This document shows positions 1 through 8,218 of a stretch of DNA of 64,000 bases, piece by piece. Below the pieces are notes generated by a model. The model saw nothing but the letters and a program-made list of their open reading frames with translations, was not told the origin of the DNA and ran no database searches. The position numbers and the translations under genes were made by a program. Position 1 is the first letter of the stretch. The number at the start of each line of letters is the position of its first letter. Source of the stretch: Candidatus Poseidoniales archaeon (lineage in GTDB: Archaea; Thermoplasmatota; Poseidoniia; Poseidoniales; Thalassarchaeaceae); NCBI GenBank assembly GCA_012959435.1, contig DUDF01000113.1:3730-67729 (forward strand), read 5' to 3'.

Positions 1-1256
1 CAATCGTTGGCTGGTTCTGCAAGAATTAGCATATCTTCGCTTGCATAAACTTCAACCCAAGAGGATGAAATATGGTCTAGTTCGTATTCAACCATGTCGC
101 CAAACAATTCAATGGTCATGATAGTTGTAAATCCGCGTCCTACCGAATCTGCTGCTGCAGAAAATTCTTCACAAGTTGCGCTTACTGTTGATTGTTCAAC
201 AACTGTTCCGTCAGCCATTCGCTCATGCATTCTTGGAGAGAAATCTGCTAATGTCAGACCAGCAATTACCTCAAGATTGTACGCAATTGCTTCATCAACG
301 CTCGTATTCCAGACATCTTGTCGGTCTGGGTCATCGTAGTCAATATCCCAGTAAGTATCAGGAAGGGTTGGGTAAGTACGCAATCCCTGTAGTTGCGCGT
401 ATGAATGTGTCACTGCTCGAAGTGTACCATCAACAAGCCTTGAGGTCTGGTAGGAGCCATCAAGGTAGAGTTCACGGTCAATTTGTGGGTCTGAACGGTT
501 GGTGATGTTCATGACTGTAAATTTCACCTTGTTGCTGTATCGATAGTATGAGTATAGGCTGTCACCATCAGCTGTATCTGCCATCATAGCAACTCGAACT
601 GGATCATCAGAAGGTAGATTCCAGTAAGAAACATAAGAGATGATTACGAGTTGATTTCCATTCACAAGCATCTGCATTGGAGAGCCCTCCAATGTCATGT
701 TTGATTCAAGGGTCACGTTTCCAAACTCAGGAACACCCAATATCACTAACTGGCCGTTGTTAATCATGTAGATATGGTAACCATCGGTCTTGAGGAAATC
801 TGCTTCATCAACACCCTCTTCTTGATTATTTGTCTCTGAATATTCGCCTTCTCGGTCTCCTGACCCAGAACTGCTTGGAGGGGATGAACTATCCATTGCT
901 TGGTTGCTATCCCCATCACCAGCCATTTCAGCTACTGCGCCATCCATCACCATGTCATCTTCCATCATACCACCACGGAATCCCCAGGAATTCCAATGCC
1001 AGTAAGATGCTTGGTCAAGTCCAACCATCATCTCTTCCGCAAGAGAATTGCGTAAATCTTCTTCAAGTTCCGCACAGCCATCATAGTGGTTCAATACCGG
1101 AGATGAACGGACACGATTACCGAGTAGTAACTCTGGAGATATCCACTCCATATTTTCTTCATCCTCATCATTAATTGGGTTTTTTATTGTACCAAGACAG
1201 CCCGCTAAAAGCATCGAAGCGAGCACAATCAGAACCATCACAGGTGTTCTTGCCAT
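1..1256 (-). CDS. Secreted lipoprotein, partial (C-terminus runs off the window start); Met-rich, possible beta-propeller-domain family
   Basis: Manual reverse-strand translation from ATG at 1254-1256 gives MARTPVMVLIVLASMLLAGCLGT... (signal peptide plus LAGC lipobox) and an open frame to position 1. It is absent from the ORF track because it has no stop inside the window. A Met/Asp-rich segment recalls the archaeal beta-propeller-like secreted proteins; the family call is weak. Confidence 0.6.
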   Translation of the reverse strand, partial: MARTPVMVLIVLASMLLAGCLGTIKNPINDEDEENMEWISPELLLGNRVRSSPVLNHYDGCAELEEDLRNSLAEEMMVGLDQASYWHWNSWGFRGGMMEDDMVMDGAVAEMAGDGDSNQAMDSSSPPSSSGSGDREGEYSETNNQEEGVDEADFLKTDGYHIYMINNGQLVILGVPEFGNVTLESNMTLEGSPMQMLVNGNQLVIISYVSYWNLPSDDPVRVAMMADTADGDSLYSYYRYSNKVKFTVMNITNRSDPQIDRELYLDGSYQTSRLVDGTLRAVTHSYAQLQGLRTYPTLPDTYWDIDYDDPDRQDVWNTSVDEAIAYNLEVIAGLTLADFSPRMHERMADGTVVEQSTVSATCEEFSAAADSVGRGFTTIMTIELFGDMVEYELDHISSSWVEVYASEDMLILAEPAND

Positions 1257-1371
1257 GATTCTCCCATGGCACACCCTACATTAAGAGACTTGGTTCATTG
1301 ATTTTACCTTTAGAAATGAATATTTCACTGTAGATGGAGAACAGAGTGGAATAAATTGAATCTAATTATGA

Positions 1372-3108
1372 CTATTTGATGGAGTCATTCCAATAAGAAT
1401 CCTCAACAGATGAAGATGATTGCTGAGCAAGAAGTTGACCTTTCTTTAGTATTTCATTACGCTTTTTCTTACCATTAGAATAAATTAAACTTGACAAGAA
1501 AATCGCCCCTCCTCCTGTGAAAACAATTCCAAATGGATCGGGGCCGATTGGTAGTTCTTGGATATCATCAATATTGGTCCCCTCTCCCTCATTTTCATCC
1601 ACAACAATCATCTCAACTTGAGAGCCTAAATTGATGGTATCTCCTCGTGCATCTTGAATTTCTAATGACACATTGTGCATTCCTGTTTCAAAGAACTCAT
1701 GCACGAAAGACTGGTTTGTTGATGTCGTACCATCAGCAAATTGCCATTCGTAAGAGTAAGGTGCCAGCCCACCCCAAACCTCGATTGTGAAATGTACTGC
1801 ACCTACCGCATCAGTCGATAGAGGCTCAAGTTGACTTGAATGAGAAATATATCCTGCAAGTGACAGATTAACCGTAATCATCTCTTCCTGACAATTCTCT
1901 GGGCCACTGATGAATTGAACACAAATTGTCACATTAGTTGTTCCACCAGTAGGTACGCTGGTGTATGTATGCTCAACTTCGGCACCATTGACAATTATTC
2001 CAACAAAGCCCCAAGATATTGTAGCACCACCATAGTAATCCCACCCATCAGTCAAGGTTGCATTAGCAGAAAATGTAGCAGGAGTATCTACAGAAACTTG
2101 GCTGGGAATTTGATACGTGAAATTACACATCGGGCAAGAGGGAGGGATCGGTGGAGGATACTCACAACTACCATCATCATCGGTTGCATCCGGATCAAAA
2201 TTGGTGGCCGTTATATCCGTACAACCTAAAATTATTACAGGTTCAGAAGGGGTATCAGGAATTTCTTGTACGATGGTATAATTAATTTCAAAATTTGTCT
2301 CATTACTCTGCCAACCATCAGAGCTGACATTAATTTGTACTGAAACTGAACCATTCGGTATTTTCATGCTTAGATTCCAATCACTGGGCTCCAAAGTAAA
2401 GTTAGTTGTAGAACCATTTCCCATGATTGATGGATCTTCTACATTGATTTCAAACACTATTCCAGCATCTTGATGTTGAGTCAAAATATATGCTGGTACG
2501 ACCCTTACAGCATTATTATTCTGAGCAGTGCATTGAAGGACGAAAGTTTGGTCTCTGTATACTAAACGTGTCTCGTTTTGTGTGATTTGCCAACCCTCAT
2601 CACATGAAATTTCAAGATTCGCTAAGGTTGGGTCTGGTTCTACCTTAGGAGTTTTACCTACTGTAAAAGAATATGATACCGTATCAATTAATTGAAAATC
2701 ATCTTCGCCTGATTCCCTTTCTAACAATTCAGCAAAAATAGAATAATTTGTATTGTTGAACCATTCTGAAGACAAATTAGAGAGTGAAATTGAGATATCA
2801 AGATTATTGTAAATTGCAGAGTTAACCCTGTTATCAACCCCATAGATATCATATTCCTCATAAAGTGATATTTTGATTTGATACGAGTCACTCTCATTGG
2901 TATCGTGGGCACTGATTTCAAAACGCACTGATTGTTGAAGTGTAACATTATCAGAAACATCGTAATATTCCTGCTGTGGCGTGACTACCATCTCAACATA
3001 AGGGTCTGAATCTGCAGACACATTCATCCAAGGCATTGACAGTAATATGAAGCAAATCACTAACAATTTACTAGCCGCGATTCTGGGGGTCTCCGAATTC
3101 CAAGCCAT
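1372..3108 (-). CDS. Secreted surface protein with PKD-like domain and C-terminal TM/PGF-CTERM-like anchor
   Basis: 578 aa. N-terminal signal peptide. PKD-type signature (...YSYEWQFADGTTSTNQSFVHEFFETGMHNVSLEIQDARGDT). C-terminal PFGIVFTGGGAIFLSSLIY followed by KKKR. Confidence 0.75.
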   Translation of the reverse strand: MAWNSETPRIAASKLLVICFILLSMPWMNVSADSDPYVEMVVTPQQEYYDVSDNVTLQQSVRFEISAHDTNESDSYQIKISLYEEYDIYGVDNRVNSAIYNNLDISISLSNLSSEWFNNTNYSIFAELLERESGEDDFQLIDTVSYSFTVGKTPKVEPDPTLANLEISCDEGWQITQNETRLVYRDQTFVLQCTAQNNNAVRVVPAYILTQHQDAGIVFEINVEDPSIMGNGSTTNFTLEPSDWNLSMKIPNGSVSVQINVSSDGWQSNETNFEINYTIVQEIPDTPSEPVIILGCTDITATNFDPDATDDDGSCEYPPPIPPSCPMCNFTYQIPSQVSVDTPATFSANATLTDGWDYYGGATISWGFVGIIVNGAEVEHTYTSVPTGGTTNVTICVQFISGPENCQEEMITVNLSLAGYISHSSQLEPLSTDAVGAVHFTIEVWGGLAPYSYEWQFADGTTSTNQSFVHEFFETGMHNVSLEIQDARGDTINLGSQVEMIVVDENEGEGTNIDDIQELPIGPDPFGIVFTGGGAIFLSSLIYSNGKKKRNEILKKGQLLAQQSSSSVEDSYWNDSIK

Positions 3109-3140
3109 ACTGACGCGTCAAAGGGGGGCCTTATCACATA

Positions 3141-4058
3141 TCACGATAACGCCGATTCACGAACTGCAGAGAGTTGTCCATGACCAAGAACAGAAAGTTG
3201 CCAAGTCGCTTTACGACCCTTTCCCTCCTTATCGATTAACTCTCGTTCTTGCAATTGCTTCAAGTGATAAGCCATCAATTGTTTTGACGCTTCCAATTTT
3301 GTTCTGATTTCAACAGTTGAAATCCCCAAATCCCCTGCACCAGATAGCACCTCCAGAATCGCTCTTTGCATTCCTGTCACCGGGCTCTCCAACTCATACA
3401 GTTTCTTTGGGTCTGTGCCTGAAACAGCATATCTTCTACGCCTACCATCTTGCCAAGAAATCAATTCACCAGCCTTTTCCAATTGATGTAAATGATGGGC
3501 AGTAACGCCATTTGCTAGTGTGAGAGCATCGCGAAGTGCCGAGAAATGTATTCCAGGGTGTGCCTCAACATAACCCTCAATTCGCCCGCGTGTCTGAACA
3601 TCCTTTTCTTTACCGTGAAGTTTCGCTAATAGTGGTCCGGCTAAAGCCAAAACAAGACCTGTCTTGACACCCTCGCTGACGAGTACTCCTACTCCAAGTG
3701 AACCGACCAAACCAACGGTTACAAGGGCTAAAAGTAGTGCTGCAATGATTGAAGTGAAACCCACAGGGGCTATTCCACCTGCTTCGTCCCCAGCAACCGG
3801 ATCATCATTTCTAGAATCCGCTGATTCTGGTGCAGCGCCACTGCTATCATCTGCATCACCGCCATCATCTGCTGCCGTCATTTCTGCTGCGAAATTATCT
3901 TCTTCATTGACTGGTTGCTCCTCCTCAGGAGTGAAATAATCAATCAGAAGGGCGCTATTGTAAGCCGTTACTACAACGCCTAACACCGCTACAAGCGCTA
4001 ACAACCGGTAGCCAACAACTCGGTTCATGTCGTCTCCTGAGAACAGGATTGCACCCAT
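3141..4058 (-). CDS. Membrane-tethered transcription regulator with two winged-helix (ArsR/MarR-like) domains
   Basis: 305 aa. N-terminal TM, then an acidic ~70-aa segment, then 1-2 TM helices, then two wHTH units (HPGIHFSALRDALTLANGVTAHHLHQLEKAGELISWQDGRRRRY; MQRAILEVLSGAGDLGISTVEIRTKLEASKQLMAYHLKQLQERELI). Confidence 0.7.
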   Translation of the reverse strand: MGAILFSGDDMNRVVGYRLLALVAVLGVVVTAYNSALLIDYFTPEEEQPVNEEDNFAAEMTAADDGGDADDSSGAAPESADSRNDDPVAGDEAGGIAPVGFTSIIAALLLALVTVGLVGSLGVGVLVSEGVKTGLVLALAGPLLAKLHGKEKDVQTRGRIEGYVEAHPGIHFSALRDALTLANGVTAHHLHQLEKAGELISWQDGRRRRYAVSGTDPKKLYELESPVTGMQRAILEVLSGAGDLGISTVEIRTKLEASKQLMAYHLKQLQERELIDKEGKGRKATWQLSVLGHGQLSAVRESALS

Positions 4059-4147
4059 AACCGAGTTGGTTCAATGATTTTACCAACTATCAAGCAGAAT
4101 TGTTTCCTGATGTTATGGATAAATCGTTATCCATCATCAAGATTTTC

Positions 4148-6163
4148 TTAGTTTAATCGGTAAGAAAGGATTGACTGTGACCCGTTTTCGTCTTCATTCA
4201 AAATTGGCTTTTCTGCCTTTCCTTTCTTCTCAGATACATTTGCTGTGGTGCTCTGTGTATTCGCTAAAACCAAAACTAAAATTATCAACAATAATGGCAC
4301 TGTATAGGTGATTATATCAGCGCCACCTGTGGATGCAAATGGCTCGTTATTATTGTTAGAACCGTCGCTTGTGATGTCTTTATTTTGCAAACTACAATCC
4401 ATTTCATCAAGGACTTGCTCGGAAAAGAACACATTACACTGAATTCTCTCAATCTCCGTATTTCTGAGGATAATATCGGCTAATGTTGTACTATTGATTT
4501 GGTCTTGAATGTCCGCCAATTCTGAAAATTCTGAGCCGTAATAGAGGCGGTCACCATCTCTCAATCTCCCGAATTGCTCCTTAATGATGACATGCATCGT
4601 TTCACCGAGGGCTGAATTTTCAACGTGGTCTTCTGCCAACATGCCGATGAATGCGTCAACACTGTCAACATCTGGATATGTGCTGTTTAATGCTTCAATA
4701 GTGGCATTATCACTTGTGAAATCGCTCCAATCAGTATATCTTGCTAAACCAAATGCCTCACGAACAGTATTGAAATCTGGAACCCCATGGTCTCGACCTC
4801 GCTGAATGTCAATAGCACACAAATCCATCCCGCCTGCTCCAGGTGGGCCAAACATCTGATTTCGTAAATCTTCAACGAACATCAAATCATTTTCTGGTTG
4901 TACATTGTAGGCAAGACCACGTAATATAGGTCCAATTCCACCCCCTTCAGTAATTGGGCTAACATCAAAGAATCCCTCTCTAAGAGTAAGGTGGCCCTGA
5001 GAAGAAGGCATTCTTGTCTCATTCAGTCTGAACATCGTACTTCCAATTTGGCTGTGCCCCATACGGAATGCAACTGTAGCAAACTCATTGGAAATTGTCG
5101 GATCAATTGTTGGATTATATCCATTGTATGGGTCTAATTCAATCCCTAGAGATGGCAAAAATTCATTGTAAGTAATTGACTCAATCAATCCAATGTTTAT
5201 GTGCCTCGCATATTGGTAAATCTGTTCATCTGACCAGTCTGGATTTCTATCTAGAATTTCACCAGCTAAACGGTTGTGTTCCCGAACAAACAGAGTTTGC
5301 ATAGAAAGTAATGCAACGTGCTCATTCGCTCTGCCATCTCCTGCAACGAATGAATTTGAGAAATTGAAGCCAGCAAATGACATGCCCGGAGTAGTTGGGT
5401 CTTCAGCATAGTTTGCTTGGGGAAGCAAGTCACCTTCCTCAAAGTCACTAACCTTCATCCTACCATCGCGGTTTTCACGTAACCAATCTGCCCTTGCTGC
5501 ATCACTACCGTAAACCACTGAACCATCGATCCAAGTTGTAATGGTGTTAGGGTGTTCTCTTTGATTTAGGGGGTCGCCATTGCCGGTGCCGTTAACCACC
5601 AACGAGCGGAAAAATCTCATTTGTAACCCACCAGGGTATCCCATCCATTCATCATCTTCGGAAATTGGAATATATGCTGTATCAGGTTGGTCTTGGTCTG
5701 GTGTTCTACCATCTTGAGTAGTCGTATGGTCAATCTCATGGGTGATGAACTGCCCCCATAACCAGTTGTAGTCAGACAACCCTTGTGAATCGGGATGAGG
5801 TTGATCTTCTTGACATAATGAATTACTAATTCCACGTGGATTAGGAACGTCTGAGCGGTCCCAAAAGGTTAGATTTACACCATCAGTTGTGTTATATCTT
5901 TCAGAAAATCGCGAAATTTGCGACCCTGCTTCACCGTATCCGGGATGGCCGATATTTACTCCTGAGCCATCATATCCATACTGAGTTGCAGAATTCATTG
6001 CTGACTCATCAACTGAGGCATAGGTCGTAGCACCATCCTCCTTCTCAATAGTTGAAGCCGAAACTGCTGCTAATCCTGAAAGCATGAAAAGTGTCACCGT
6101 CAATAGAGCAAATCTACTACGGTTTAGTTCTGAATTAATTGATTCAAAATTTCTTGGCATCAT
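4148..6163 (-). CDS. Animal-type heme peroxidase (peroxidase-cyclooxygenase superfamily), secreted, C-terminal TM anchor; catalytically competent copy
   Basis: 671 aa. Signal peptide. Distal-His motif WLWGQFITHEIDHT (matches WGQLLDHD). Ca-binding TWIDGSVVYGSD. AGDGRANEHVALLSMQTLFVREHNRLA (matches GDTRSSE...TSMHTLLLREHNRLA). Proximal-His motif AFRMGHSQI. DIQRGRDHGVPDFN. GMLAEDH. C-terminal hydrophobic helix. Confidence 0.88.
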   Translation of the reverse strand: MMPRNFESINSELNRSRFALLTVTLFMLSGLAAVSASTIEKEDGATTYASVDESAMNSATQYGYDGSGVNIGHPGYGEAGSQISRFSERYNTTDGVNLTFWDRSDVPNPRGISNSLCQEDQPHPDSQGLSDYNWLWGQFITHEIDHTTTQDGRTPDQDQPDTAYIPISEDDEWMGYPGGLQMRFFRSLVVNGTGNGDPLNQREHPNTITTWIDGSVVYGSDAARADWLRENRDGRMKVSDFEEGDLLPQANYAEDPTTPGMSFAGFNFSNSFVAGDGRANEHVALLSMQTLFVREHNRLAGEILDRNPDWSDEQIYQYARHINIGLIESITYNEFLPSLGIELDPYNGYNPTIDPTISNEFATVAFRMGHSQIGSTMFRLNETRMPSSQGHLTLREGFFDVSPITEGGGIGPILRGLAYNVQPENDLMFVEDLRNQMFGPPGAGGMDLCAIDIQRGRDHGVPDFNTVREAFGLARYTDWSDFTSDNATIEALNSTYPDVDSVDAFIGMLAEDHVENSALGETMHVIIKEQFGRLRDGDRLYYGSEFSELADIQDQINSTTLADIILRNTEIERIQCNVFFSEQVLDEMDCSLQNKDITSDGSNNNNEPFASTGGADIITYTVPLLLIILVLVLANTQSTTANVSEKKGKAEKPILNEDENGSQSILSYRLN

Positions 6164-8091
6164 TCTTCCTCCTTGATTTCTTTTGCTTCTGGGTTTACTG
6201 ATTCTTTTCTTGATAATGTTGCTACTGCTATCAGAATTAATACTATCACTGCACCAATATAGGTACTCATATCAGTTGATGTTTCTCCGGCACCCCCTCC
6301 GGAAATTTGTATCACCTCTAGGTTGGCAAGGTTGCATTGAAAACTGTTCGCATCACTTTCAGCCATGAATACTTCGCATTGAATTGATTCAACTTCTGTA
6401 TTTCTAAGAATAATATCAGACAACCGAAGGGAATTTAATTCAGTGGTTAACGAGTTTAATTCTGCATCATTCTCATACCAAAACCGATCTCCATCTCGAA
6501 TCCTTTGAAACTGATTCAAAACCAACATCTGTTGGGTTTCACCATAGATTGATGATGCTAGTCTGTCTTCAGCCATTACACCAATATATGCATCAATGCT
6601 ATCAACATCTGAATACGCCAAAGCTAGTTTTTGTTGTGCATCAACATCTGAACTAATATCACTAAAATCCGTGACTCTTTCAAGCCCAAGACCTTCTCTC
6701 AATGAATTGTAATCTGTGAGACCGCGGTCACGACCGCGTTGGATATCCATCGCACAATCATCCATCCAGCCACCCCACATTGCCCCACTCATCAAGTTAC
6801 GAAGACTTGGAATAACTGCCACATCCATTTCTCTTTGAGTATCGTATGCAGCACCACGAATTGTAGAATCTATTCCACCAGCCTCAATTAACGAGGATGT
6901 CGTCCAAAAGCCATCTCTCAAATCCAAATGGCCATTCGATGTTTCGTTGAGTCCTTCATCAAATTGCAACCAACCATCAGCCATCTGACTACCTGTTGCA
7001 AATGCTGCTAACAAGATATATTCATTACTTAATTGTGGATTAATAGTTGAATTATAACCGGAATAATTATCCAAATCAATTCCAATTGACGGAAGATACT
7101 CGTTGTATGTAATTGCCTGAATTTCAGCCTGAACTAGTTTCTTAGCGCGCTGAAATATCTGCTCATCATTCCAATCAGAATGGCGCTCGCTCAAACCATC
7201 TGCTAGCCGGTTGTGTTCTCTAATGAATAATACTTGAAGGGAAGTGAGACCAATATTCTCAAGGTTTCTTGAATCACCTGTGAAAAATTGGAGATTTGGA
7301 TTATCCCCCGTAGTACTCTCTACGTATTCTGTCACGCGCCCTGGAACCATGTCCCAACCATCAACATCTGTCACTTTAAGATGCCCTCCTTCACCACTGC
7401 GGAGATAATCTTGAAACTCTACACTAGAAGAATAAATTGAACCACCATCAATCCAACTACTCACCTCATTTGGATATTCTCTAGGGTTCTCTTCACTATC
7501 GCCAGTACTAGAAATAAATTCAGTTCGTAAATATTTGATTCGTGAATCTTCTACGCTACCGGGATTCATGATTTCATCATCAATCGGAATCGAAATATGT
7601 GCCTCTTCCATGCCGCCTTCATGTGAAGAATCTTGATGAGATGTGAGTTGTATATCGTTGTTAATGAATTCAGACCAAAGTACATTCATGTTTGAAAGAC
7701 CAAGTGAACTTGGTGTTGCAATAGATTCCACACATACTTGATTGGATATAATTCGTGGATTTTCGTATTCGGGATGGGCCATTTCTGAGATACTATCATT
7801 GAAAGATTGTGGAGTTAATCGATTGATTTGGCTGTTAATCGCACCCCAATCACTGTTGGCAATATTATTGCCACTACCGTCATTATTTCGAATTACTTGT
7901 GGTGCCATTTCCTCATCGGATGCAAATACACTCGACTCTTCTTTGGCGACTGGTGTTGCTGCTGATGGAAGAGAAATCGAGACTGACAAAAGCAAGAATG
8001 CAGCCACCTGCACAAAGAGGCGGGTTGCAGTGAAACCGCTCACACTCTTTTGGAAACCAATTGGTGGATGCATATCTCTACCGATTCTCAC
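6160..8091 (-). CDS. Animal-heme-peroxidase paralog lacking both heme-ligating histidines (probable pseudo-peroxidase partner)
   Basis: 643 aa. Same fold motifs as the downstream gene (SWIDGGSIYSSS; TGDSRNLENIGLTSLQVLFIREHNRLA; DIQRGRDRGLTDYN; GVMAEDR). The distal region reads WSEFINNDIQLT (His replaced by Asn, Gln replaced by Glu). The proximal region reads AAFATGSQM (His deleted). 4-nt ATGA overlap with the downstream peroxidase. Confidence 0.82.
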   Translation of the reverse strand: MRIGRDMHPPIGFQKSVSGFTATRLFVQVAAFLLLSVSISLPSAATPVAKEESSVFASDEEMAPQVIRNNDGSGNNIANSDWGAINSQINRLTPQSFNDSISEMAHPEYENPRIISNQVCVESIATPSSLGLSNMNVLWSEFINNDIQLTSHQDSSHEGGMEEAHISIPIDDEIMNPGSVEDSRIKYLRTEFISSTGDSEENPREYPNEVSSWIDGGSIYSSSVEFQDYLRSGEGGHLKVTDVDGWDMVPGRVTEYVESTTGDNPNLQFFTGDSRNLENIGLTSLQVLFIREHNRLADGLSERHSDWNDEQIFQRAKKLVQAEIQAITYNEYLPSIGIDLDNYSGYNSTINPQLSNEYILLAAFATGSQMADGWLQFDEGLNETSNGHLDLRDGFWTTSSLIEAGGIDSTIRGAAYDTQREMDVAVIPSLRNLMSGAMWGGWMDDCAMDIQRGRDRGLTDYNSLREGLGLERVTDFSDISSDVDAQQKLALAYSDVDSIDAYIGVMAEDRLASSIYGETQQMLVLNQFQRIRDGDRFWYENDAELNSLTTELNSLRLSDIILRNTEVESIQCEVFMAESDANSFQCNLANLEVIQISGGGAGETSTDMSTYIGAVIVLILIAVATLSRKESVNPEAKEIKEEE

Positions 8092-8218
8092 GAATCCTAT
8101 TTGTCGTTAGAACTTTGTTCTAAAGAAGTGGCTTAAATTTAATCTAGTTCGTTGATTAAAATTTCGCCGTATATTTCATAGGTGAAACCAATGTGCGTCG
8201 TACTGAAGGGATGTATCA
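8092..8218. promoter_or_regulatory. Divergent intergenic region between peroxidase operon and FG-GAP gene; AT-rich TATA-like elements
   Basis: ttaaatttaatcta, gattaaaattt and tatattt boxes sit between divergent starts 8091(-) and 8219(+). Confidence 0.4.

Noticed and set aside
94-1174. Plus-strand ORFs 94-339, 176-505, 830-1174
   Set aside because: They are overlapped by a continuous minus-strand reading frame (1-1256) that has a clean signal peptide and lipobox and coherent protein-like composition.
1915-2229. Numerous 60-150 aa ORFs antisense or out-of-frame within large CDSs (e.g. 1915-2229, 2721-2960, 14025-14384, 22386-22661, 23193-23809, 29833-30267, 40278-40706)
   Set aside because: They are fully contained in long, well-supported CDSs with recognisable domains. 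They have no independent start context and only low-complexity translations.
8092-8218. Possible tRNA/ncRNA in the longer intergenic regions (8092-8218, 26518-26615, 58548-58686, 45969-46077)
   Set aside because: No cloverleaf-compatible sequence was seen (no GTTC-type T-loop or matching acceptor stems). These regions are AT-rich and look promoter-like instead.
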